Source: a virus (taxonomy: Duplodnaviria > Caudoviricetes). Taken from it: a DNA stretch of 64,000 nt. Position 1 is the first letter of the stretch. Each line of letters opens with the position of its first letter. The stretch is taken from the IMG/VR virus record IMGVR_UViG_3300028048_000124, positions 12,294 to 76,293 of that record. The stretch is one strand, 5' to 3'. A model generated the notes under the pieces. That model saw only the letters and a list, made by a program, of their open reading frames with translations, was not told the origin of the DNA and made no database searches. Positions 19,917 through 29,353 of this stretch are shown here, one piece after another. A program made the translations under genes and the position numbers.

Positions 19917-20314
19917 TATTGCACCTCATTTCTTGCTTCGTATACCCTTCTTATCGTCAACATGTTCTCGGAGATGGCGTCGAACACCGACCCCAGAACA
20001 TCATATCCCTTAACATCTGCTGTCCCGAACTTAAACAGGGATGCCAATGTGTCGAGATTGTATTTCGAGTTGGGGAACATCTTGTTCTTATCGACCTCAA
20101 GAACGTACTTACCTCCGACCTTATAGGCCTTCAGGTTATGGACGATGTACACAAGCACATCGTACATATCCCCGCCTATTCCCAACTCCCTGAGTTTTCG
20201 GTTCATCGCACGTGCCCTGGCCTTACTGTAATAATCGCCGATATAGGCTTCGATAAGGGAAGGTATGTATTGCGTCGCGAATATCCTTGAGGGTGAATCG
20301 AGGACAAGTCTCAT
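19916..20314 (-). CDS. hypothetical protein (neck operon)
   Basis: 132-aa ORF coupled to its neighbours. Confidence 0.5.
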   Translation of the reverse strand: MRLVLDSPSRIFATQYIPSLIEAYIGDYYSKARARAMNRKLRELGIGGDMYDVLVYIVHNLKAYKVGGKYVLEVDKNKMFPNSKYNLDTLASLFKFGTADVKGYDVLGSVFDAISENMLTIRRVYEARNEVQ

Positions 20315-20318
20315 AGGC

Positions 20319-21638
20319 TTACCTCTTCAAATCATATAAGACGTAGGACAATATTTCATCGTCAGTCAATCCACTGCCCTTTAGTCTCTCAATTCCCTGT
20401 TGAATGGCTGTCTTCCTAGCACCGTTCCTCAATCTCTTGACGGGATTGCCGTTCACGACATATGAACCGCTGGATTTAACGACTGCGGAAGTCGTCGTTT
20501 TCTTTGATTTGTCCTCCGCGGACAACTGGTCTTTTCTGGTAATGATTTCATTTAAGTTTGCGATTGTGTGGTCTTTCGGACTCTTCGATACGGTGCAAGA
20601 AGCCAACAACAATCTGTCATTCGCCTTCGACAAATCCAACTTCTGGCCTCCGACGATTGTCTTTGCCGCTGCGGCATTTAGGTTCTCATATCCATCCAAT
20701 ACCCACTCGAATACATCGAATATCTCAGATGCTTCTGACCACTTCAACGTTCCTGTCAAATAATTGCTTGCATTCGGTCCGTGCAACAATAGGAAATCAT
20801 ATCTGCTGTTCGGTCCAACCAGGTCTTTTCTTTCCAATTCCCCGCCGCTGTATAGGTTATTCAAAATCGTAAAACCGCTTCTGGTTATATCGACTCTGCA
20901 CCTAATAAGGAACTTAAGAATAGGATTGTTGACAGATATGTCGGATTGTATGACCGAACCAATCAACAAATCCAAATAACCGTATGATTTCAACGTGTTC
21001 AATCCGGATAAATCAGCCGGAGTCGTTCCGTCTTTATATGCAGTTTTTCCAAACAATACTTCGCTAATCATGGCGGCAACGACGGCATCCTGCTCGGTGG
21101 CGGCATAGTTTCCGCCCTCACGTCTGTCCGTCTCCTCGTAATCGGCCACCTTGACGCCCTTTGTGTTCTTCGCGGCCTGCACTATCCAAATAGCGTCTTC
21201 TCTATTGAATTTGCTTGCCTTTGCCCTATCCTTTTCGATTACGAACCTATATTTCCCGTTGTTTATCGGTGCTGAACCTGTGGTGCCGTAAACTGGAAGG
21301 AACCCTTCAATCGGGAAGGATTTAATCGACTTATCGAAAGACGTACCGCTTTCCAACTTCAAATATCCCTCTGACGCCGTTTTCGCGTAGTCGACGTTAT
21401 TGCCGTTGAAAAACCTCGACATATCCTTTTGCTCCGGTGCGAATTCGACGTATATCGCATACAAAACCTCGCCCGAGGATGTGTTTATGTCCGCCTGGGC
21501 AAAGGCCTCTTCCCATCTTCCGGCCTTCATCAACGCAATCGTGTCGTTACTAAAATTGACGTCTTTGAAGTCCTTGCTCTGAAACGTCCTTTTTTCGGTT
21601 AAGACCGTTTTCGATTCATTCAGTTTATTCAAAAGCAT
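20319..21638 (-). CDS. hypothetical protein, probably head-internal
   Basis: N-terminus MLLNKLNESKTVLTEK carries LxE sites as seen in T4-type head proteins. Confidence 0.5.
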   Translation of the reverse strand: MLLNKLNESKTVLTEKRTFQSKDFKDVNFSNDTIALMKAGRWEEAFAQADINTSSGEVLYAIYVEFAPEQKDMSRFFNGNNVDYAKTASEGYLKLESGTSFDKSIKSFPIEGFLPVYGTTGSAPINNGKYRFVIEKDRAKASKFNREDAIWIVQAAKNTKGVKVADYEETDRREGGNYAATEQDAVVAAMISEVLFGKTAYKDGTTPADLSGLNTLKSYGYLDLLIGSVIQSDISVNNPILKFLIRCRVDITRSGFTILNNLYSGGELERKDLVGPNSRYDFLLLHGPNASNYLTGTLKWSEASEIFDVFEWVLDGYENLNAAAAKTIVGGQKLDLSKANDRLLLASCTVSKSPKDHTIANLNEIITRKDQLSAEDKSKKTTTSAVVKSSGSYVVNGNPVKRLRNGARKTAIQQGIERLKGSGLTDDEILSYVLYDLKR

Positions 21639-21640
21639 TA

Positions 21641-22141
21641 TCAGTCGTCCTCCTCGTTGTTCAATAGGTTGAAGTCGTTATCTTCGTGTTCTGCCTGTCC
21701 CTTTTCGAAGACGTCCTCGAACTCAGGTGCCAACTCACACGCGATGCTTGCCGGATACACCGATTTCATCGACATCTTGACGACACGGAACACCCTACCA
21801 TCAGAGTTATCGATTCCACTTGGGAGAATGAACAATGCACCGACTTGCAGATTCTTTAGGTTATACGGGACGTAGATAACCGGGGCGGTATCGTTTTGCT
21901 CTGCGTTCCACCCCAGTTTCTTCATCGTCCATATCGTCGGGTGTTCGTCGAAGATGCATCCGACTACCACAGGCTCATAGTAAAAGGTGTCAAGTTCCCC
22001 ATACCTATCCCAGGTCTTGCCTTCCCTCGGGGCACGGTATATCACCATGATTCCCAAGAGCCTGCACATTTCCTCGAAATACTGTCTGTGCAACTTGATA
22101 TTGTCAGCGTTTAACAATAATCCTGTGCTTGAGTTTTCCAT
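21641..22141 (-). CDS. head closure/neck protein (T4 gp14-like)
   Basis: YFEEMCRLLGIMVIYRAP...FDEHPTIWTMKKLGW pattern; in the operon with the gp13-like gene. Confidence 0.6.
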   Translation of the reverse strand: MENSSTGLLLNADNIKLHRQYFEEMCRLLGIMVIYRAPREGKTWDRYGELDTFYYEPVVVGCIFDEHPTIWTMKKLGWNAEQNDTAPVIYVPYNLKNLQVGALFILPSGIDNSDGRVFRVVKMSMKSVYPASIACELAPEFEDVFEKGQAEHEDNDFNLLNNEEDD

Positions 22142-24243
22142 TAGATTTTCTTAGGTCCTTCGACTCTTCCCTTGATTACCTTATCGTTCTCGGAATACCT
22201 GTAGGTGAGGCTTTCGCTCAAGAGTTTCGTGCCACTCAACTCACAGGTCAATCCGAAGGCTTTCTTGTTGGAGAACGTCTCGTTCAACCCGAACAATTTG
22301 ATTTTGCCCTTCTTTGTTATTTCCTTAGCCTCGAAGACGAACTTAGTGGTTCTTTCCTTTCCGCTGTTGAATTTGATTTTCCCTTCCAATACGACCTTGT
22401 TTTCGTTTTCGTCGATTGAACCGGACGTGGTTTCATATCCGCTTACGTTCGAATAGTTTTCCCTAAGGTACTTGGTGATTAACATATCGAACTTGCCTTC
22501 GTCCAATTCATTTGCCTCGACGTCCTTATATTGTAAAGATTCCTCTTTCTTCTCCTCTTCGGGCTCTTCCTCGTCGCCAATCATTTGCGGTCTCTTGGAT
22601 TCGCCTTCTTCCTCTGCCGGAGTCACTTCGCCGGTTTCTAGGTCGAGTGTCGCCTCTTCGCCTTCTGCCGGAACCTCTTCAGCCGGTGTTTCCTCGACGG
22701 GTGCTTCCTCATGGGTTTCCTCAGGTACAGAGGTATCCAAATCGGCATCCGGATTTGCCTCGGGGTCTACGTCGACAGCGGCGATTTGACCGATTACGAT
22801 ATACCCGGAATCGCTTCCGCAATGCGTGCATGCTTCGCCGACATTGTAAAGGGGCTTTCCTGATGTTTGGTCGATGTCATTCTCAGACTTCTCCAATTTA
22901 TCCCTGTCAGCGTATCTTATTGTTCCGCAAACCGGGCATTGCAACCCGATGCTTCCGATGTATGATTGCTTTAGGTCATCGACGGAATCGGCTGATACGT
23001 CGACGATTTGCTCGACGTGCTCATCCTCTTCGTTCTTGTCCAAGAGTTCCTTCGCTTCCTCCGCGTCTTGCTTGTCGTTGATATCGAATTCCTTCGATTC
23101 CTTCAATGATTCGTCGGTTGATTCCGAGCCTTTGTTTCTCACTCTGAAGAACTTGGAGTCCTTCTTTGCCCTTGCGTGGCCGCGGGCTTTGTTTTCGACT
23201 TCCTCATCGACGGGATGCTCTTCCTCTGCAGCAGGGGTTTCCTCTGGGGCGGGTTCCCCTTCATCTTCGCCTTCCTTCTTCAATTTGATGTTCTTGTCGG
23301 GTTCATCCGAATCCAACACATCGAATGCGAAATTGACGACTATGTGGTTCGTTTCGTCTTGGAGTCTGCTTCCGATTTCCTTTCTCAATTCCTCTTCGTC
23401 AGGGATGTCTTTGACTTTGATGTCGAGTTCAGCCGGAAGTTCCGCTGCCTCTTCGTCTTCCACGCCCTCCAAATCGTATTCGATTCCGTAGACGTGCAAA
23501 GACAACTCGCCTTCCCCGGCCTCGTCTTTATGTTCTTCCTCGCCTTCAGGATGGTCGTAGACGGCCTCTGGGTCATCCTTCAGTTTTCCAAGGAATTCCT
23601 TGTGTGCCTCTTCCTCGTCCTTGATGTGGGTCAATTGCTTCTTTGCGTTTCCGTCGACCTTTGAGATTACCTTATCGTATCCGTCGATTGCCTCGTCTTC
23701 GTCGTCGGCTAGGAAATCCATTTGCCCTTCGAAGTCGTCGGGAACCTCCGTATCGTCTTCCTTTGCCTCAGTGACCGTGTCGATTGATTCCTCGTCGTCT
23801 GCCTCGTATTCGTCCAAGCCGTTGCCCGGTCTTTCCCCTAAGGCGGCCCTTGCTTTCTCCTCGACCATTTCAAGCGGAGTGTCCAGAGTGAAAACGCCAT
23901 CCTCGGGTTTTATGGATGCGAGGAAGTCATGCCCATCGTCCAACAATTCCACCAAAACCTCATCGATGTTGTCGATTTTGAATTCGTCGAAAATGACGCT
24001 GCATGCCTCGCCTTCGTTTAATCCTTCGAAGAATAGGTAGTAGGTGCCGTCACCGACGGGCAACTCCCTGTCCAACACATAGGCCTTGCTGTCCTCGAAC
24101 AATCCCCTGATGTCGTTTGCCTTTTCCTCTCCCTCTTCACCGTCTTCAACGGCCTCAATCAATTTCTTCCTGATGGAAGGGTTGATTTTGACGACGCAGA
24201 GTTCGTCAAGTGATTGGAATGCGTTCTTCAATAATTCGCTCAT
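22141..24243 (-). CDS. acidic multi-module head/prohead-core protein (half-ferritin-like hairpin, Zn ribbon)
   Basis: Very acidic; DEDEAIDGY...HIKDEEEAH motif; CPVC...CTHC; repeated LxE sites. Confidence 0.6.
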   Translation of the reverse strand: MSELLKNAFQSLDELCVVKINPSIRKKLIEAVEDGEEGEEKANDIRGLFEDSKAYVLDRELPVGDGTYYLFFEGLNEGEACSVIFDEFKIDNIDEVLVELLDDGHDFLASIKPEDGVFTLDTPLEMVEEKARAALGERPGNGLDEYEADDEESIDTVTEAKEDDTEVPDDFEGQMDFLADDEDEAIDGYDKVISKVDGNAKKQLTHIKDEEEAHKEFLGKLKDDPEAVYDHPEGEEEHKDEAGEGELSLHVYGIEYDLEGVEDEEAAELPAELDIKVKDIPDEEELRKEIGSRLQDETNHIVVNFAFDVLDSDEPDKNIKLKKEGEDEGEPAPEETPAAEEEHPVDEEVENKARGHARAKKDSKFFRVRNKGSESTDESLKESKEFDINDKQDAEEAKELLDKNEEDEHVEQIVDVSADSVDDLKQSYIGSIGLQCPVCGTIRYADRDKLEKSENDIDQTSGKPLYNVGEACTHCGSDSGYIVIGQIAAVDVDPEANPDADLDTSVPEETHEEAPVEETPAEEVPAEGEEATLDLETGEVTPAEEEGESKRPQMIGDEEEPEEEKKEESLQYKDVEANELDEGKFDMLITKYLRENYSNVSGYETTSGSIDENENKVVLEGKIKFNSGKERTTKFVFEAKEITKKGKIKLFGLNETFSNKKAFGLTCELSGTKLLSESLTYRYSENDKVIKGRVEGPKKI

Positions 24244-24264
24244 AGTTTGTTATCTCCTATTTCA

Positions 24265-24990
24265 TTAGTCTATCGGATATATAATCTGACTGTTCGTCGT
24301 TAGCATGTCCCTAAGGCTCGCCAACTCCTCGTTGGCCTCGCTCAACAACGTATCGCCGTCCTGCTCCCACAAGGCGGAAGATTGTTTGTATCTGCTACGT
24401 ATTCTTCCCAATATCAACTTCGTCTGGGCTATCGAGAGTTTCAATAGGATGTCAATCCAATAGTCGCTCTTAACCTCATCGACGTTTTCGAATACCGGGA
24501 CGTATTCAATCGTGATGCTTTGCGGCGTATCCGTCGCGCAGTTCACGTAAAGTTTCTGTTCGTACCTGTCCTGCTTGAACGCCAAGTCCGTGCTCGTGGT
24601 GTTCCTCATCTGCAACAGCGTGTTGTAACTCATGTAGTTCAACAGGTAGTCCTGTAGGTTGTACATGGTTCCGCCGTTGGTGAACGCCATCCATGTTTGC
24701 GCGTACATCGGGTCGATTACGGTCGATGGCTTCCTTCCGTCCCCGCACGTGGTATCGCCGTTGAACCCCTCCGTCCTGAATACCCTTGACACGGAACTAA
24801 CTTTGCTCCCAGACAAATCGATGCAGGACGCGAACGGGACCGTTATCAACCTGGTCTCGTCGATGAACCTTTGGAGTTCCTTCAACGATTTGTACACGAC
24901 CTTCTCGATGGTAGAGTCTGGAATCTCAAGGTTAAGTATCCCGCCGGTCAATTCCAACTTAATATTTTCAATGTAATCCTTTATTTTCAT
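24265..24990 (-). CDS. gp13: neck/head-tail adaptor (T4 gp13-like)
   Basis: IKLELTGG, ends LGRIRSRY...LWEQDGDTLLSEANEELASL, typical of gp13-like adaptors. Confidence 0.75.
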   Translation of the reverse strand: MKIKDYIENIKLELTGGILNLEIPDSTIEKVVYKSLKELQRFIDETRLITVPFASCIDLSGSKVSSVSRVFRTEGFNGDTTCGDGRKPSTVIDPMYAQTWMAFTNGGTMYNLQDYLLNYMSYNTLLQMRNTTSTDLAFKQDRYEQKLYVNCATDTPQSITIEYVPVFENVDEVKSDYWIDILLKLSIAQTKLILGRIRSRYKQSSALWEQDGDTLLSEANEELASLRDMLTTNSQIIYPID

Positions 24991-25020
24991 TGCTACCGAA
25001 CATCCTTTTGCTAAACTCTA

Positions 25021-25035
25021 TCATTTAATTTAGCA
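25021..25035 (-). promoter_or_regulatory. phage late promoter motif
   Basis: Exact copy upstream of the neck operon. Confidence 0.75.
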
Positions 25036-25052
25036 TCAAATTATCCAATAAG

Positions 25053-25080
25053 AAAAGCGGGAATTTCACCAATCCCCGCC
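25053..25080 (-). terminator. intrinsic terminator closing the four-gene cargo operon
   Basis: GCGGGGATT/AATTCCCGC stem followed by TTTT. Confidence 0.65.
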
Positions 25081-25098
25081 CCGTTGATTATGGTTTTG

Positions 25099-25962
25099 TC
25101 AGTCTTCGTCGGACTGGAACATCTTGTGGAATCCGTCCAAAGTGCTTTGCATATCGCCCGTCGAATCCTCGACGAAATACCAGATATGCTGTGCTTCGTA
25201 CCAATCGGATTCGGATTCACCGACCGTAACAGAATCGTGTCTCGCGATTGCCCACTTGTGTTCCCTTGCGAACTTGGCGACGATTTCCTCCGTAGCCCAA
25301 TGGTCGTGCTTCCAGTCTCCGTCGATGTACATTTCCAACTTGAGGTCTGCCAACGAATTGTCCGAGTTCATGAATGTCCCGTCTTCGGGATGGATTCCGT
25401 ATTTTGCCAATTCGTCGAACAGTTCCTTTTCGAATGCGGCCAATTCCTCGTGTGTGTATTCGCCTTCCTTGCCGCTTAGGAATCCCTCTTCCACAGGAGG
25501 TTCCTCCTTTGGCTCATCTTCCTTGGGCTCGTCATCCAAATCGACTTTGCCTTCGTCTCCCTTGTTCCAATCGATGACGCCGTCCTCACCGACGTCGAAT
25601 CCCTTGACTTCCTCATACTCGTTTAGGAGTTGCGATGCCAAGGCCTTGTAATCCTCGTCTTTGAGGATTCCCCTCGATTCTATGATGATATCGCCGGTTT
25701 CCTTGTCCGTGAGCATCTTCCACTCGTCAGGCGTATCGTTCTTATTGAATACCTTGATACAGGCGCAAAGTGCCCAGTCCAGGTCATCCTCGTCCTGGAT
25801 TACGTCCTGTCTCTGTTCCTTGCCCCAACCGGGTTCCCAGTTGACCGTGACGGCCAATGGACCGTCATCCAACATGACCCAGCCTCCGACATAGTCCTTA
25901 TTGGCCAAAAGGAATTCGACTTCTTCCTTGAGCCATTTTTCCAATTTCTTTACAGCGTTCAT
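25099..25962 (-). CDS. acidic two-module hypothetical protein (C-terminal GDWKHDH module)
   Basis: 287 aa; two globular segments joined by DEPKEDEPKEEPPVEE. Confidence 0.55.
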   Translation of the reverse strand: MNAVKKLEKWLKEEVEFLLANKDYVGGWVMLDDGPLAVTVNWEPGWGKEQRQDVIQDEDDLDWALCACIKVFNKNDTPDEWKMLTDKETGDIIIESRGILKDEDYKALASQLLNEYEEVKGFDVGEDGVIDWNKGDEGKVDLDDEPKEDEPKEEPPVEEGFLSGKEGEYTHEELAAFEKELFDELAKYGIHPEDGTFMNSDNSLADLKLEMYIDGDWKHDHWATEEIVAKFAREHKWAIARHDSVTVGESESDWYEAQHIWYFVEDSTGDMQSTLDGFHKMFQSDED

Positions 25963-28900
25963 TCCTTTATCTCCTTTAAGAGGGTTTTCAAACCCTCAAG
26001 TGCCTGCTCGTAATTGACGGTGGCATCCTCGTCAAAGTCCGGGTTCACGACTTCCGTTCCGTTCTTGACGTCCCAGATTGAATATTGGTTGAACAACCTC
26101 GCCAAGTTCATTGCGAGTTGCCCGTCTTCCAAGTGATATGAGATTTCTGGCTCACCGTAAACGCCGAGGTATTCCACACCCAATTTAGCACCGACCGTTG
26201 ACCTTACGGCCGCGATATCCTCATCGGTTATCTCCGGCCTGAAGTAACTTACGAAGAACCCGTCATCGAATTCCTCCTTGCTTACCTTGCCGTCTTTCAG
26301 GGAGTAGGTACCGTCTTCCGGCAACTTATCCTTGAGTGCGTTCAACTTGTCGTGGGTGATTTCGTCCATGTCCAATTCCTCGCCCAGACGCTCCAACGAA
26401 AGTTCCTTCGATAGGCATGCTTTCCTGGAATCCTTCAGGTCATCCAGATATCCGAGGTTTCTGAACTCCTTGAATATGAGGTTCCCAAGGCCATATTCGC
26501 CGTCTGAGGCGATTGAGGACTTACGGAGGTCATATATGTCGGTGATGAATTCATTCACGTCCTGAGAGGTCGGATTCGAGTCCTTGAGTGCGAAGTATTT
26601 GTCTTCCCATTCCGTGAATTCCTTATCGAACGATTCTTCGTCCAAATCCGGGATATCGGTTTGTTCCGGTTCCTTAATCCACTTTCCGTCCTTGACTGAG
26701 TAGATTCCGTTTGACCTCAATCCGTCCAGGTTATCCAATTCGACGAATATCTCTACCGGGATTCCGAAGAAGTTTATGTCGTAGTTCTTATTGAATATGG
26801 AGCGATATGCACCATATAGTTTATCCGTCAATTCCTTTGGACACTCCAATTTGGTCGAGTCGGCGATGATGTGCACGTCGACGTCGCTGTCCTTTGTGTA
26901 GTTGTATGAGACGTTGCTTCCAACCAACACGATGTCCTTGACCGCGATGTTGACACCGTCTTCCTTCAACTCATCGACAAACGTATTCACGATGTTGTCG
27001 ATTGCCTCGGCGACGTCCGGCTTCAATGCGTTTCCGTCAAACAACGTGGGATTCAACGTGTCGTGCTTTTCGATGTCCTCGTCGATTCCAGCCTCGGCCG
27101 CTTCCTTGGCCTCCATCAATGCCCTGTAAACGTTCACATAGGCATCGTGCCTCGTCGTATCCACGCATTCGATTATGCAATACTTAGCGGACGGATGCTC
27201 ATCGAAGAACTTCTTGACCCCCAAAAGGACTTCCCTGTTCTTCCTCTTTCTGAGCAAAGGCTCATCCCTGTAGGTATCCCTGGACACCTTCATGCAGATT
27301 TCCGGGACCCTGGAATAGAAAATCCTCTTACGTGTATTGGCGTCGTCATCGTATTTATATGACATCCTGGTGAATTTGTTGGACGGGGAGAATATGAACT
27401 TATACGGTCTCTTGAATTCCAAGTCGGAGATTTCATCTTCGGCGTCTTCCGCCAATGCGGCACCGCCTTCCCCGCATCCTTCGCAGCCACTTGCTTGGGC
27501 ATCGTTTCCCATCGCGTGGTTGAAGAACGCGATGTTGTGCTCGACGTCACCTGCGTTATAGTTCACGAACCAGCCTTGTGCGCCTTTCTTGTTCGTTCTG
27601 GCGTGCTTCTTGGCCGTTTTCTTGAGGATGTCCTTAAGTGCGGTTCCCTCATCGAGGTTCTCCCCGAGGGTCCCTTCCCTCAATTCGTCTATGAACTGCC
27701 TGTTAACATGGCATGGCTCAAAATCATCGAGGTCGTTGACGACTATCTTGAACGGGAATTCCCTTGCCTCTTCCTCGTCTCCGAACTCCTCCATCGCATG
27801 GTCCAGGTCGTACATTATTACGATGCTATCGACGACTGGGCTTAATATATAATCGTATCTTCCGTCGTCTGCGCCGACGCAAAGCATATCGTATAATTTC
27901 CGATACTTTTCCTTTGGTACCTCGTATACCCAATCGGAATCGTCGTTTGACGGCTCGAAGTCTATGTCGTCGACATTGTCTTCCGACTCCAACGATTCGT
28001 TCGTTCCCTTGGTCGCTCCCCAATGGACGACGAGTCTGTTTCCTTCCCTGTCTTCCTTATAGTTCCAACCAAACGGATTTTGCCATGTGCTCGGCTGCCT
28101 CGGTGCTTGGATGTAGATGTGGACCTTTTCATCCTCCGCGATGTCTCTGCCGTAATCGTATTGACTTGCGAGTTCAAGGCCCTCGGAACCAACTGAGGTT
28201 ACGTTATTGGGAACGAATAACCCGCTCAAGTTCATGCAGCGTTCAAACGAACCCCTGCCGATTGCGACGTCGCATGACGGGAATTCGAATTTGGACATCG
28301 CGCACCTTGAGAACGCCTGGTCCCCAATCGTCAACGATGACGGTTCCTCCCTGAATTTAACCTCTATTAATGTCGAATTTTCACAGAATGCACGGCTTCC
28401 AATCGACGTACAGGTCTTAGGCAACGTGACAACCCTGACGGGGGTTCCAGAGAACACCTCATAGGAAACCGCCTTCACCCCGTCTGGAACGTCGATTTGT
28501 TCGAGAACCTCATGGGTAGGATTATAGTAGTATCTCAGAATATTATCCGTGATTCCGAATTCCACCGATGTGTCGATGGTGAACACGTCGTCGATGGAAT
28601 CCATGTATTTCCATGCGGAATCCACGAACGACATAATCTCATCCGTATCATTGTTTTCGAGGTTATACTTCCTGAATACCTTCTCGACGTTGTTGATTAA
28701 CTCGTCGCTGTTATATCCCCAACTGTACCTCGAATACTGGTTTGCGAAATCCGCGGTGAACACAGGGGTTCCGTTAACCTCGGCCTTCTTGACGTCCTTC
28801 GATGCGAATGTGTTTCCGCCAACCACGTATTCCAAGGTGACCATAATCTCCGGCGTCGCCTTCGTTTCCGGGTTGTAGTTCGAAATGACGACGAGTTGTC

Positions 28901-29342
28901 TCCACTTCGCCCCCTCGATTCTCCTTGCGTCCTTCTCCCTGACGAAGGTGAACGTGATTCCGCCGCTCTTCCTGGATACGGATATGCCGGACTTCTTAGT
29001 CGGTTCCTTGAATCCCTTTTCAATCAATTCCTTTGACAATTTCTCCAGGAAACCGTTTCCATTCAAAATCTCGATGCCGGATGATTTGACGGACGAGGTG
29101 TCGATTGCGCCCAACTTCCTGCAGAAGTTCTTGACGGTGTCGTTGTATTTATATAGGTTGTTGCCTATTTTGACGATGCGGAAATAACCGGTCTCTCCGC
29201 CGATTATCGCCTCATATTGTCTCAATGGAACCATGGCCTTCATCGCCTCCTCGAAAGAGTAGACGGCCGTTTCCATGTTATCGCTATATCCCTTCGGGAA
29301 ATAGACTGCGTTTGTTTTTATCCTTGAATTGCCGATTCCCAT
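25959..29342 (-). CDS. large polyvalent protein: BspA-type LRR, Pol-beta-family nucleotidyltransferase, C-terminal SAM-lyase-like module
   Basis: LRR VTLPKTCTSIGSRAF; NTase IVLVGSNVSYNYTKDSDVDVH and GEYGLGNLIFKEFRNLGYL; C-terminal FFVSYFR...LGVYG.PEIS...LARLFNQYSIWD. Confidence 0.75.
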   Translation of the reverse strand: MGIGNSRIKTNAVYFPKGYSDNMETAVYSFEEAMKAMVPLRQYEAIIGGETGYFRIVKIGNNLYKYNDTVKNFCRKLGAIDTSSVKSSGIEILNGNGFLEKLSKELIEKGFKEPTKKSGISVSRKSGGITFTFVREKDARRIEGAKWRQLVVISNYNPETKATPEIMVTLEYVVGGNTFASKDVKKAEVNGTPVFTADFANQYSRYSWGYNSDELINNVEKVFRKYNLENNDTDEIMSFVDSAWKYMDSIDDVFTIDTSVEFGITDNILRYYYNPTHEVLEQIDVPDGVKAVSYEVFSGTPVRVVTLPKTCTSIGSRAFCENSTLIEVKFREEPSSLTIGDQAFSRCAMSKFEFPSCDVAIGRGSFERCMNLSGLFVPNNVTSVGSEGLELASQYDYGRDIAEDEKVHIYIQAPRQPSTWQNPFGWNYKEDREGNRLVVHWGATKGTNESLESEDNVDDIDFEPSNDDSDWVYEVPKEKYRKLYDMLCVGADDGRYDYILSPVVDSIVIMYDLDHAMEEFGDEEEAREFPFKIVVNDLDDFEPCHVNRQFIDELREGTLGENLDEGTALKDILKKTAKKHARTNKKGAQGWFVNYNAGDVEHNIAFFNHAMGNDAQASGCEGCGEGGAALAEDAEDEISDLEFKRPYKFIFSPSNKFTRMSYKYDDDANTRKRIFYSRVPEICMKVSRDTYRDEPLLRKRKNREVLLGVKKFFDEHPSAKYCIIECVDTTRHDAYVNVYRALMEAKEAAEAGIDEDIEKHDTLNPTLFDGNALKPDVAEAIDNIVNTFVDELKEDGVNIAVKDIVLVGSNVSYNYTKDSDVDVHIIADSTKLECPKELTDKLYGAYRSIFNKNYDINFFGIPVEIFVELDNLDGLRSNGIYSVKDGKWIKEPEQTDIPDLDEESFDKEFTEWEDKYFALKDSNPTSQDVNEFITDIYDLRKSSIASDGEYGLGNLIFKEFRNLGYLDDLKDSRKACLSKELSLERLGEELDMDEITHDKLNALKDKLPEDGTYSLKDGKVSKEEFDDGFFVSYFRPEITDEDIAAVRSTVGAKLGVEYLGVYGEPEISYHLEDGQLAMNLARLFNQYSIWDVKNGTEVVNPDFDEDATVNYEQALEGLKTLLKEIKE

Positions 29343-29353
29343 AGTTCCTCTCC

